From contig NC_067399.1 in the NCBI RefSeq assembly GCF_016432865.1, forward strand, positions 613,614,001 through 613,678,000: a stretch of 64,000 nt of DNA, in the 5' to 3' direction. Positions within the stretch are counted from its first letter, which is position 1, and every line of letters starts with the position of its first letter. Below are positions 49,037 to 61,302 of this stretch, one piece after another. A program made the translations under genes and the position numbers. The notes under the pieces are model-generated. The model saw only the letters and a program-made list of their open reading frames with translations. It searched no databases and was not told the DNA's origin. The DNA comes from Antechinus flavipes. Its lineage: Eukaryota.

Positions 49037-49137
49037 GTGAACCCGGAGCCCTCTCCTGTTTGGGAGGAGTGACAGGTTCCGCCATTTTCACAGGGGCCAC
49101 TGGAGCAACTGTTGAGTGACATTTCACAGTCTCTGCC
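49037..49137 (-). CDS. SLIT1: SLIT1 exon 28 (EGF2), 101 nt
   Basis: ccccag|GGC...TTCAC|gtgagt. Encodes [34 protein letters not shown]. Confidence 0.94.
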
Positions 49138-49433
49138 CTGGGGAAGAGGAGGGGAAGAAGAAAGAGGAGGAGACGGAGGAAGAAAAGGAGAAAGAAAAGG
49201 AGGAGGTGGAGGAGACAGTAAATCCAGGGAGACACAGGATCTAGAAAGACTAGAGACAGCTTGAGCAAAAGGTAGGGCCTGAAAAGGCTGCAAATCATGA
49301 AAATTTCTCCCACCCAGGCAGTCCCCGGTCACCCTCCTGGTCCCAGCTCTGTGATACAGACTCTAGGATCACAAGAGGTCTCTGCCACATGCTCCCTGGG
49401 GTTGGTCTGCACCAGATGCCCCTCTCAGCCTAC

Positions 49434-49558
49434 CTTGTAGCCACTGGGGCAGGTACATCTATAGGACTCCAGAGGGTCATTCTGACAGGTTCCCTGGTTC
49501 TGACATGGATTGGATAGGCAGGGGTTACATTTGGCTTGCACAGTTATGGAAGGAGGGC
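49434..49558 (-). CDS. SLIT1: SLIT1 exon 27 (EGF1), 125 nt; not in ORF track
   Basis: cccttag|GC...TACAAG|gtaggc. Encodes [42 protein letters not shown]. Confidence 0.95.
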
Positions 49559-49849
49559 CTAAGGGAGAGAGACAGGAAAGGAATTTGTGAGGTCCCTTAA
49601 AGGGTACCAGGAACGAGTCATTGTTATGGTCTTAGAATTATAGTTAATATGTCTCAGATAGAGGAAGGAGGGTTTGACCTACAGCAGTTAAATATCCTAG
49701 AAGCACCTTCCAGGGGGGAGAAAGACTTTCTCTTCTCTCATCCCTCTCCCTCTGGTTCATTACTTAGCCCACTGGCTTGCAAACTCACTCATCCTGAAAA
49801 AATAATACATTCCAAGGACAGCTGTGTTCAGGAGGAAGTGAGCTGACCG

Positions 49850-49995
49850 CACAGCACCCAGAGTGCTGCACCTGGAGTCAGCAGGTTCAAATCTGGCCTC
49901 GGACACTTATTGGCTGTATGATCCTGGACCAGTCACCTAACCCTGTTTACCTCAGTCTCCCCATCTGTAAAATGAGCTGAAGAAGGAAATGGCAG
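49850..49995 (+). mobile_element. CORE-SINE (Mar1-like)
   Basis: ggagtcagcaggttcaaatctggcctcggacactta...cctcagtctccccatctgtaaaatgagctgaagaaggaaatggca. Confidence 0.8.
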
Positions 49996-50475
49996 GGCTT
50001 AGGCAGCTGTCTCTCCCTACTGGTTTTCTTTTTCCTCAGCCATTACCCTTTTTCTAGACCCTGTCTATTACCACTCAAAGCTTTTGGCTACAGTAGAAGA
50101 CTATAGGCTACAGTAGCTGTCTGATTCCTTGAAATCCCACACATCCTTTCTATAGGAGTTGTTTCTGAGAGGTTTTTCTGCTAACATCTACAGAAAAATA
50201 TACAAGGGTTTCAAAGTAGCAAACAAAAGGGCGAAAGCAACAGTTATTTAAGTCTTTGAAATTTATGTCTATGTAAGAACTATTCCTTGCTCCTCATTAA
50301 CCCCGCCCTCTACTCTGCCATTCTTTGAACCCCATTTCCCAGATCTTATCCCCAAAGTCAGCCCCCACTGAATACTGGGTAATTATAGCCCAACTGGACC
50401 TGGAAAAAGAGATCTGAGAAAGCACCTTCTCTTCTCAGCAAATTTGAAAGACATGGACATAGAACATGGCATATC

Positions 50476-50659
50476 CAGGAGTCCTCAAACTTTTTAAATA
50501 GGGGGCCAGTTCACTGTCCATCAGACTGTTGGAGGGCCGGACTATAGTAAAAACAAAAACTTTGTTTTGTGGGCCTTTAAATAAAGAAACTTCATAGCTC
50601 TGAGTGAGATGTCCTCAGCTGCCGCATCTGGCCCGAGGGCTGTAGTTTGAGGATCCCTG
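50476..50659. mobile_element. hAT-superfamily non-autonomous DNA transposon (MITE), OposCharlie1/OC1-like, 184 bp
   Basis: TIRs are CAGGAGTCCTCAAACT and the reverse complement of AGTTTGAGGATCCCTG (14/16 identical to each other). The flanks GCATAT(-)C and GCATATAC form an imperfect 8-bp hAT-type TSD. Confidence 0.82.
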
Positions 50660-52298
50660 GCATATACTGTTAGATTTGGTTGATGTTAGTTTTGCCAAAC
50701 TGCTTTTCTGTATTTTTTAATAATGTATTGTTATAAGAAAAATATCATTAAGTGGAGGGGATCTATTGAAGAATTAAAGTAAATTTGCAAAAACAAAAAA
50801 AATAATTCTTACTTGAGGTTACATTCTAACAGAATTTCCTTTTTGAGAAAGAACCATCACCTGAAATCTGTCCCCTCCCTACCTTCTCTCTGATAGATGC
50901 AACACTAGTAATGGGACCAGAGAACCAGAGGTACTAAAGATGGAGCCAGAAAGACTATACACACTAATGGTGAAAACTTAGGGACGATACTTGCTAATGT
51001 ACTATGGGATCAACAGGCATTAATGGAAGAACCAGATTCATAATGGGTGCTGCTAATTGAAATGCTTTGGGAATTAACAGTGGTACCAGGGGGGCTGTAA
51101 GTACTATTGCTGAAAGCATCAGCACTAATAGTGGGACCATAGGTGCCAAAAGTAATAATAATGGCTAATACTTATAGCACTTGAAAGCTACAAAACATTG
51201 TATATACATTTCCTTATTTTATAACCATGTAAGGTATCATAGATATTCTCACTTTACAGATAAGGAAACGCTCTGAGAGAGGCTTGGTGACTCGACTCGA
51301 ATCACACTGCTAGAACATATCTATGACTGAATTCCATGATTCCATGTCCAGGACACGTAATGGTAGAACTGTTGAGACCCCAGAGAGATGATAGTTTCTA
51401 ACGATGGAAATCTAGGGACCGAAAGAACTGGGGCAGTTGGTCCACAAAACTGTCTCAAGGAAGTTCAGATGTATGTTAGAGACAACTACGTCAGACTGGC
51501 AATCTCCATGGTAAACATAATACCCTGGCTTCTAAAAGAAAGGTTGTCTTGGTCCATTTTCCACAGTCAAGGGGATGATTATCCTTTGTTCAAAATCCAC
51601 ATAAATCCCTTCCCCTGTTTCACACAATTCCTCGGCAGAGCAGTTGTCCCCACGATGGATCAGATTCGTGTCCAGCCCTGTGTTCTGGCCTCCTCTTTCC
51701 TTTCTAACCTGCTTAAATCCGACTCATTCTTCAGCTTTTTCTTACAATATTCTCCAACTCTTTTCATGGTTCAAACAGCAATAGACCACAAGGCTGGAGA
51801 CCTGAATTTTAGTCCAAGCACTAACTAGTAAATCATTTGACATCTCTCATTGTACATGGGGTCATCTTCAGTCATCCTGATCTCTATCTTGCCATAGAGC
51901 CAAATGGTTCCACAGGAGAAAGTGAGTCCACTTTACACAGTCCATCCTCACTTAAATCCAACTCACTTGCGTGCCATGGCATCATCTCCCTGATATTGTG
52001 ATCATCTTCAAGGACGAAGGACAAACAACAATGTCAACAAATGCATTTCATTCACTGCTCTGCACAAATCACTCTGGCAAGTGATACCAGGAGATAAGAA
52101 AGGTAAAGAAGATACTGCCCAAAGAACAACTCCATCTGCTTCCTCTAGGACAGGAAAGCTCCCCTAGTCTCCTGGGAGTCATCTTTGGACTTCTTGGAGA
52201 CCAGACTGTTACCCCAGAGATACAGAAATCAGTGGAGAAACAGGGAAACCTTGGAAACCAAAGTGGATGCTAAAGGGAAAGAATGGAGAGCAGCTCAC

Positions 52299-52462
52299 CT
52301 TGGCATTCAAACTTCTTAGCAGGAGTCGTGAGGAGCAGCTTGCCTTCCATGTCAGGGGGTCCAGCACATCGGGCAATGCCAGGTTCCTTGTAACCTGTTT
52401 TGACCCAACTGGAGAGCCAGCGAAGGTGGCAGTTGCAGTAGAGTGGATTGGCTCCAATGGCC
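52299..52462 (-). CDS. SLIT1: SLIT1 exon 26 (LRR C-terminal cap of the fourth LRR domain), 164 nt; not in ORF track
   Basis: ttccag|G...CAAG|gtgagc. Encodes [54 protein letters not shown]. Confidence 0.96.
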
Positions 52463-52734
52463 CTGGAACCAAGATGACAAAGAGATTAGCATCTGAATCT
52501 TAGAGCCCCAGAGTATCAGGACTGGGAGAAACACCTGGATCTGGAACATCAGAACTCTCTGATACTGAATGCTAGAGGAGGAAGAGAGCTTAGAGGTCTC
52601 TGAATCCATTCTCCTTTGCAGTCAGGTAATTGTGGCTTCTGAGCATTATCTAATTCATTTATTCATTCATCTATCTGAATACTACCCATATCTCCTACCA
52701 ACTGACATGTGGCACTTGAAGATGCACAAAAACT

Positions 52735-52880
52735 TATTTATTTGTTTGTTTTGTAAGGCAATGAAGGTTAAGTGACTTGCCCCACTCATAAAGCTTCCAA
52801 TGTCTGAAGATGAATTTGAGCTCAAGCCCTCCTGTCTCCAGGTTTGCACTATCCACTGAGCCACCTATCTGCCTCTCAAA
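52735..52880 (-). mobile_element. CORE-SINE, reverse orientation
   Basis: ggttaagtgacttgccc...tgtctgaagatgaatttgagctcaagccctcctgtctccagg...ctatccactgagccacct. Confidence 0.75.
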
Positions 52881-55644
52881 GAACTACATATATTTCCTTT
52901 AAGCCTCATAACAATCCTTGAAGTAGGAACTACAAGCTTTCATCCCCATTTTACAGATGAGAACATTGAGGTCAAATGACTTTTCCCATGGGACAAACTT
53001 GCCACTCTCTACATTTTCTGCTCATTGTTTTGGGTAACCAATTCAAGGACCAAGCAAAACAATTTTAATTTCTCTTCCTTCTACTGCTTCTTAAGGCACT
53101 TAAAGATGCTTTTCTTCCCCCTAGAAAGTTCATAATTCTTCCACTGATCATAAAAATCATACTTGAAGCTAGATCTTCCCAAATCCAAGGCCAGCACTTT
53201 ATGCATTGTGTTGCTGCTTTTCCACATATATGGTACTGGTTTAGACATCATGGAGAAGACAAAGATTCACAAGATATAGCCCTTTCCCTTCATGCAAGAG
53301 GTTACCATGCTAAATAAATCATGTGCACACAGAGCTACAAACTGGAGCAGCAGGAGGCCCTGGGAGTCAGAAGCCATCTTTAATGGCAAATCACTTTGCA
53401 ATACCTATAATATAATGAAATTGCAGCCAAGGAAATAGTCCCTTCCCCTTCTATGAGGCAGAAACATGGATCTCTATCCACCTTGGGAGGATGGGAAAAT
53501 CCTCCAGTGGGGGATAGGAATTTAAATCCAAGAATAGGGAAGATTTCAGTCCAAAAATAGGGGAGATTTCAGTGAGTCAGGTCACACATCCACTACAGAA
53601 TAATATCTAACCCTGATCAGTCAGTAGGACTATTTTGATGTTCTAATCTGGTCACTCTATGAAGAAAGCTTGCTAACAGTTACTAGTTTGCTCAGGGCAC
53701 TGAACTGGGAGTCAAGAGATCTGGGTCCTCATTCCAGCTCCTCCATGAATTTGCTATGGACTTTGGGCAAGCCATTAACATCTCTGAGCTTCAGTTTCCT
53801 CATCTGTAAAAATAGGTAAATACATGAGCTCATCTCTGAAGTTCTTTTCTAACTCTTATAGTGTGTGTATATATGTGGCTAAGAATACATTCTATTACAA
53901 AATAACCCTCCCTTGATAACTTCAATTAAGTCAGTCACTGGGAAAGGAATCCTCCTTCAAGTAACCTGCCCTTAGAGGGACGGTCACTTCAATCTCTCTG
54001 ATTTACTGAAGGGCCAAAATCATACCCCAGTTTATTTATACATTAAAAAAAAGGCACCTAAAAGCAATCAGTTCAATTTAACAAGCATACAATGAGAATT
54101 TACTAAATACAAAACACATCATGGGCAGTAACTATATTCTACATGATATAGATGGATGTCAGAATTGGAAGAGTCCAGTTTAACCTTTATTGATAAAGAA
54201 AGCTGAGGTCCAGAAGCATAAACAGATCTTATTTAGGGCACACTTCTAGTGGATGACAAAGTTGTGATGAGAGCACAGTTCTCTTGACCACTAACATGGT
54301 GGTCTTTCCACTCCACCAGATTTCCTCTCTTGGGGATTCTGAAACTGGCAATATCAGAAGATTCAAAGATTTTGACCTGAAAGGGACTATGAAGGTCACC
54401 TGCTGCCAAACTTCCATTTTACAACAGAGGAAACTGAGAAATTAAGTGACTCATCCAAATTCAGGGCTGAGATTCAAACCCTGGACCTCTGATTCCAAAC
54501 TCAACATGTTTCCTGTTATCATATAACAGTCTTATGATATAAGACTGGTCCCTGCCTGTCAGTGGAAGAGAAATGATTCAAGTTCATTGAGAATGAGTTT
54601 GGAGGGACAGTTGTAAGAGGCCTGTGATTCTGCTTTCAGTCCAGGACCCTTGAATAAGGCAGGTAATCATATTTAAGTCAGCTGATGATCATCCCTCTGT
54701 TTACCCCCTACCAATGATCATTGCAGCTTCAAATGGTCCTTTGGATACTCAGTGGCAATTTATCATGGAGGAGTTTCAAGGCAGCTGCTTTAGATACCTT
54801 GTCTCTTCTCTCTTTGGCCAAAAATACCCGAAAGCCTTATAGAAGATCTGGAAGACAAAGGGCTTCTTTTCTGGTGTTTTATGACCTGGCTCATCATATT
54901 GTGGTTGCAGAGATAAGTCATCCAGCAAAGAAAAGGTAAATTAACTAGGAGGAGGAGGAGGAGGAGCAGGAATAAAGAAGGAAGTAGAGACAGGAATGGG
55001 GGGAGGGAAGAGAGAAATAAAGAAGAGCATTTATATAGCTCTTTAAGATTTACAGAACTTCTTACACATGTTTCCTCATTTGATGCTTCACAGATAGGGA
55101 AATAGGCTGAGAGAGATTAGAGGGACTTGTCCCTAATGTCCGGACTAGCTCTCTGTAGGATCTCGGTGCGAGCCCGAGTCTTTGATCTTAGGAAAGGAAT
55201 GAAGAGGCGGGACTCACATGGATGGCCAAACATGAAGTCTGTTTATTTCAGGTCCTTAAATCCCCTAGTACACTTGCATCACTATAGCACTAACTATATT
55301 AGATGTGCGCCAGCTATAAGATATCACACACACGAGGCCACATAAGAAACTTGCTATTGCTGTGCAGATGTCTCCTGGCTAGCCAGTATCTCTGCTTCAA
55401 GTAGAACACAGGCTGTCATGCCCCTGACTTCTCAGGAAGGCCGAGGTGCCTCCAAGAGGGATGAGACCCAAATCAGACACTGTCAGAGGTTCCCTGGCTG
55501 GGCTGAAGGGTCTTATACCTCCCTCAGAGTTCCCTACTACCTGTGGCCCTCTACATTTGTCCACATGGCTGAGGCAGGATCCAAATTCGGGTCTCCCTAA
55601 CTCCCAAGTCTGACACTCTATCCACAGTGCTATCTAGTTACTAA

Positions 55645-55740
55645 AGGAGAGGAAGGAAGGGAGAAAAGAAGGAAGGAAGGGACAGAGAGAAGAAGGAAGG
55701 GAAGGAGGAAGGAGGGGAGGAAGCAAGAGGGAGGGAGGGA
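55645..55740. repeat. (GGAA/GGAG)-rich purine tract running into an assembly gap
   Basis: Seen directly. Confidence 0.85.
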
Positions 55741-57709
55741 NNNNNNNNNNNNNNNNNNNNNNNNNNNNNNNNNNNNNNNNNNNNNNNNNNNNNNNNNNNN
55801 NNNNNNNNNNNNNNNNNNNNNNNNNNNNNNNNNNNNNNNNNNNNNNNNNNNNNNNNNNNNNNNNNNNNNNNNNNNNNNNNNNNNNNNNNNNNNNNNNNNN
55901 NNNNNNNNNNNNNNNNNNNNNNNNNNNNNNNNNNNNNNNNNNNNNNNNNNNNNNNNNNNNNCATTCATCTAAGATCTCCTGGTCACAAAGTAATATGGTT
56001 GCACTAATTATAGCATCTCCATGTTGGCAGTGACCTAAGAAACCAAGAAAGTGTCCAACACATATCTGAACAGAATTCTCTTCTAGCACATGACCAACAA
56101 ACATCAGTCAGACGTCAATAGAATATTGCCAGTGAAGGGTCCATTTGATTTTGGACAGCTCTAATTGTTAGAAAATGTGAGCTTTCTTTGAGCCTGCTTG
56201 CCTTTCTATAATTTCTCCTTCTGGGACCTTACAGAATATGTTGAATCTTTTCTCCCTATCATAGGTCTTCTGATGCTGGAAGACACATATTATCTCCTTT
56301 CTCTCCTAAAAAAAAATTCTCTAAGCTAAACATTACATTCCTTCAAAAAAAACTACCCATGCCATGATTTCTAGCCTTCCCATCTTGTTATGGGCAGCCA
56401 TGCAGTTCTCTGGACATCTCCTCACATATCTTGGCTTTAAACATTCTGGTCTTCCTAGCCTATGTTTCCAAGTTATCTTCTCTGTGGGTCTGTAATCATG
56501 TTTCCTTGGAGGGGGATGTGACCTGGGGAAATCTGGGGGTGCTGGGCTATCCCTGAAGCACTGGATCCACACATCAAGGCTGCCCAAAGTGTTGAATACA
56601 AAGAGACAGAAGGGTTTGACAATCATGAATCTAGGCTACAAAGTCAGCAGCATCTGTGTAATGGACAGCTGCTTCTTTTGTCAGAGGATGCCTATGTCAG
56701 AGATCATGGGAGGCTATGGGGAGGAAAGCTCTNNNNNNNNNNNNNNNNNNNNNNNNNNNNNNNNNNNNNNNNNNNNNNNNNNNNNNNNNNNNNNNNNNNN
56801 NNNNNNNNNNNNNNNNNNNNNNNNNNNNNNNNNNNNNNNNNNNNNNNNNNNNNNNNNNNNNNNAGATACTGGATCAAGAGTCCTGGATTCTAATTCCATT
56901 CAATGGTTGGTTATAAGACATTGGTAAGTCATTTTCACTCAAACTGTATCTTCCCTTTTGAAAAGCCAAAAAGAGATTCAGTGAAAGAGCTCTGAATTTG
57001 GAGTAGGGAAGCCCCGAGAGCAGATTCTGCCCTCAGCCACTTTGCAGTTGTGTGCTTCTGGGCGTTCTCATTCTCAGCCTCAGCTTCCTCAATAATAATG
57101 GTAGCCCTTACCTCCCAGGGTTGTTCTGAAGATCAAAAGAAATTATGACCATAAAGCACTTTACAAATCCAAAAGGGCTACATTTTTGTCAGCTAGTATT
57201 ATATGCAGTTATCTATTTTCAAATAGGACATTCCATGTGTTTGACAGATAGAGCGAAGGTATGAACATTGTTGAACACCTTCTTTTCAAACCCAAGGAAA
57301 CAAAATAGAGAATATAAATCTTATTTAATTCAACAAGCATTTATATTAAGCATCAGTTGTATACAAGATCTTTTGCTGGGCACTAGACATCCAAAGGCAG
57401 AAAACAGAGCAGACTCTCCTGGGCACCTCACAATGGAACCAAGCCACTCAGGTGATTTTAGGAACTCTGTGCAAGAATTTGGGTAGCTGCACAAGTGAGA
57501 ACCCATTCCAAGTGTCCTAAGAGAAACCTGGATGCAGAATCAGGAGCCTATGATTATCCCACTCCAAGTCCCTTCTCTTGCTATGGGCATTTTACTCTTG
57601 GCTCTCTCTCTGACCATCACCCACATGACCATGCACACACCCTAGGATGTGTGGATGTAACCTGAGAAAACAGCACCCATGTTTATCCAGCTCATTCCCT
57701 TTTCTCAAG

Positions 57710-57912
57710 ATAGAGAGAAGAGAGAGGGGGAAACAGACAAGGAAGGGGAGAAACCGAAAGAAAGAGACAGAGACAGAGGGGAGAGAATCAGAGAGAAAGA
57801 GCGAGGCAGAGACAGAGATGGGGGAAATAGAGACAGACGTGGAAAACAAAGACAGATAAATAGAGAAAAATAGACAGAGTAGCAGACAGAGATGGGGGAG
57901 ACAAGAGAGATA
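57710..57912. repeat. GA-rich (GAGACA)n-like low-complexity tract
   Basis: Seen directly. Confidence 0.85.
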
Positions 57913-58244
57913 GAAGTTTCTCCTCTTGGCCTTCCTCATTTTCTATTGCTTGTCATGCTCCTGATAGAGAGGACAGAAGCATCTGCTGGGAACAAATGAG
58001 GTGAAAATTTCCCGCCACTACAGCCACCACTGCAAGTGCTCCAAAAAGTGAGCAGAGAGGGGCTGGGAAGGGCCAAAATGGGCCATGCAAAGAGCCTCGT
58101 CTGGAAGTTGGGGACCAAGGCTCCATTCCCGTATCACCACCTCACTGCAGAACATGAGTTGCCATTTTCTGGTCTCAGTTCCCTTGTGGTTAAAATAAAG
58201 GAATTAGACTAGCAAATCCTTAAGGTCTTTTTCAACTTCAAAGA

Positions 58245-58482
58245 AATTTCTTTCTACATTTTCCTCTCTTTATCTCTGCCTCTCTGTTCCTCTCATGTCT
58301 ATCTCTGTCTCTTTTCCCTATGTCTGTCTCTGTCTCTGTCTCCCTCTTCCTCTGTGTGTCTCTCTCCCCTCTGACTCTGTCTTTACCCTTCTCTGTTTCT
58401 CCTCTCTCTGTCTCTCTCCTCTGTCTCTTTCCCCTTCTCTCTCTCTTTTTCTCCTCTGTCTCTGTTTCTCTCTCTCTGTGCC
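58245..58482. repeat. CT-rich (CTCTGT)n-like low-complexity tract
   Basis: Seen directly. Confidence 0.85.
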
Positions 58483-59668
58483 CCCCCACTCGCATACACA
58501 TTCCAGACCCACTACTTTTTTTTAAAACTTCTTTATTTGATTTTTGTCCTTAGATGTAAGGGGCATTGCTTTATTTTCAGAGCTAGCTTAAATACTGTGG
58601 AAGATACTGTGCTTTCTCATTGACACATCCTCCTACTAGCCAAAACACAGAAATCTCTGTAAACAATTGAACTTTGTGACCAGGCTTAGACAGAACAGCG
58701 ATGGAGCTGATTGGTTATGCTGGGAATCTGCTCCAAAATGACATCTGAACAGATCTGTATCATCCATATTTATCAGTTTGCTCCTCCTAAATTAGCTCTA
58801 TCTCCTGACCAATCTTCTTAATTCTCTGAAAGAAGGAGTTCAAATTTGCAGACGTTAGCTGTGGACTCAAAAGGACGCTCTGTTTGTCTTTGCTTCCGTG
58901 GGTTTTTTCTTTTACAAAATACAAAATGGAATACTTAGCCTCTGAACTGGAAGCTGGGGATAGGAACACAATGTCCCTGACTATTGTTCAATTTTTATGT
59001 CAATTCCAAAAGGTCATAAACACAGAACAAATTCAAGAAAGACACAGCTAGAAGTTCTCATGGCAACTGGGACTCGCCCACTTTTACTGCCTGGAATTAT
59101 GGTGGGGGCGACTGTGCAGAGCCAGAGAGTCCTTGGTAATCAGCACATAAGAGGGCAGGCTCCATTTTGTAGGTGGGGGAATTAATTGTGGTGATGTGCA
59201 AGGATGCGACCTGCTTGGAATCACCGCCTGGCATCGGGAGAAAATTCTGAATGCCCAGAGAATCTGAGAGGCAGGGCACCCAGTCAGGAGCCAGAGGCAC
59301 CCAGGAAGCAAGAGCTAGAGAAAGGCAAATGTGGATCTGACCTGGCTCTCTGAAGCTCTGTGGTTTAGCCCAGAAGGGATAGAATTCTGGGGGGAAATAA
59401 CCTGCTGGGTTGTGTAGCTTCCCTTTAATACTGGCTGGGGTGGGGGAAGAAAGGGGTATGAGGGAGTCATTTCAAACCTGGTTAAATTCTGAAATCTACC
59501 CCTGCCAATCCTATATTTACCTTCTCTGGTCATGGCTTTCCCCATCTGTAAAATTTCTCTATCTGTAAATAGTCTATAAAAATATGTGTGCACACACACA
59601 CTCTCTACACCTTTCCTTCCCTGCTCATTGCTTTCTTCATCTGGAAAGTGGGAATTAAAGGGGAGGAG

Positions 59669-59670
<2 letters not shown>

Positions 59671-59710
<40 letters not shown>
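59671..59710. repeat. (GT)20 microsatellite
   Basis: Seen directly. Confidence 0.95.
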
Positions 59711-59712
<2 letters not shown>

Positions 59713-59937
59713 TTTGATTGTTTTTCAGTTATGTCCAACTCTTCATGACCCCATTTGGGTTTTTCTTGGCAAAGATAATGGAGCAGTTTGCCATTTCTTT
59801 TGTCCGTTCATTTTACAGAGGAAACTGAGGCAAATAGAGTTAAGTGATTTGTCCAGAATCACATAGTTAAGCATCTGAGATCTGATTTGAAGATTAATCT
59901 TCCTGATTCCAGGCTGCCATTCTATCCACTGAGTGAC
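59711..59937 (-). mobile_element. CORE-SINE (Mar1-like), reverse orientation, next to (GT)20
   Basis: ttcagttatgtccaactcttcatgaccccatttgggttttcttggcaaagata...gaggaaactgaggcaaatagagttaagtgatttgtcc. Confidence 0.8.
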
Positions 59938-60899
59938 NNNNNNNNNNNNNNNNNNNNNNNNNNNNNNNNNNNNNNNNNNNNNNNNNNNNNNNNNNNNNNN
60001 NNNNNNNNNNNNNNNNNNNNNNNNNNNNNNNNNNNNNNNNNNNNNNNNNNNNNNNNNNNNNNNNNNNNNNNNNNNNNNNNNNNNNNNNNNNNNNNNNNNN
60101 NNNNNNNNNNNNNNNNNNNNNNNNNNNCCTTCCCTCCCTCCCTCCACACATATTTCTATTTTACAAATGGAAAAAGTAGGAGTAGAATAGTAGGATTTCT
60201 ACTATTTCTGGCAGTAGAACCAAGACACATCTGTCTTTGACATCCTTATCTTATTTCTTTCTCTGATGCTCACCTACCAAGCAGCTCTGGTCCACACATC
60301 CTGCTCTGTTTTGCAATACTCTCCTTTGTGAATGTGTCATGGTTCCCCCTCCCCCACAGCCCATTAGCTTCTAAGCTATAAATGACCAGGCACTTTGATT
60401 TCTTCTATCTTTGGGTCTCTCTTGTCCCTCATACAACTTCCAATGTCTCACGAGTGTTTGAATTGAATTGCATGTATCTCAAACATCCTAGTTTGTCTTC
60501 TTCACTTTTGGAATTCTCTTTTCTATGAATTTATCTGAATCTTATGGGGCGAGGGGAGAGAGACTATTTGTGTTTTCAGCCTGTACCCCTCTGGCTAAAA
60601 GTCCCATTAAGGTTATAGGTTTTGTATGAAATAGGAATTCCTGTCTTATCGGAAAACATTTTTCAAACAGTGTTCCAGAGGAGCCATTTAAAGCTGCCTA
60701 ATAACACAAGAAAGCTGTGGGAAATTATAAACAGTACCTCCAGATCTCCAGAACTGACTCTTCACAGAGTACTATACCTTAGAATGACTAAATGTAAGCT
60801 ACTTGAAGGCAGGACCATTTCTTATTCATCTTGGATCTTCCTTGGTGTTTAATGCACTCAATCTATACTTGGAGAATTGAACTGAATAACTTGGATAAG

Positions 60900-61150
60900 G
60901 AGATAGGTGACTCAGTGAATAAAATGCTGGCTAGACTTGCAATCGGCAAGATTCTGAGTTCAAATCCTATCTCAGACACTTAGTGTGTGACCCTGGACAA
61001 GTGTGCCTCAGTTTCCTCATTTGTAAAGTGAAGATGATAACAGCCCCTACCTCTGAGAATTGTTGTGAAGATCAAATGAAATAACATCTTGAAAAGCACT
61101 TTGCAAACCATAAAACAGCATGAAAATGCCTATTATTATTATTAAAAATT
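60900..61150 (+). mobile_element. MIR/CORE-SINE
   Basis: gagttcaaatcctatctcagacactt...cctcagtttcctcatttgtaaagtgaagatgataa...gttgtgaagatcaaatga. Confidence 0.75.
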
Positions 61151-61230
61151 TTCTTGCCCTGATCCCAAAGCTCTGCTTAAAAAACAAAGGGGAAACCCAG
61201 AATAGGGAATATCTGCAGCGAGGTACTCAC

Positions 61231-61302
61231 AGATGAGATAGGGAAGTCACATCGGTGAAGATGCCCTCACGGAGAGTGGAGATGTCGTTGCCATGGAGAG
61301 AC
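61231..61302 (-). CDS. SLIT1: SLIT1 exon 25 (single LRR), 72 nt; not in ORF track
   Basis: cctcag|G...CATCT|gtgagt. Encodes [24 protein letters not shown]. Confidence 0.95.

Noticed and set aside
51388-51828. 146-aa + strand intronic ORF
   Set aside because: It has no recognisable homology or splice context and ends in MIR-like sequence. This length is expected by chance in 64 kb.
54700-54940. Unique, non-repeat intronic blocks that look like possible enhancers (also 59150-59260 and 61500-61600)
   Set aside because: Only a general impression and short homeobox-like words support them. They cannot be supported without a conservation track.
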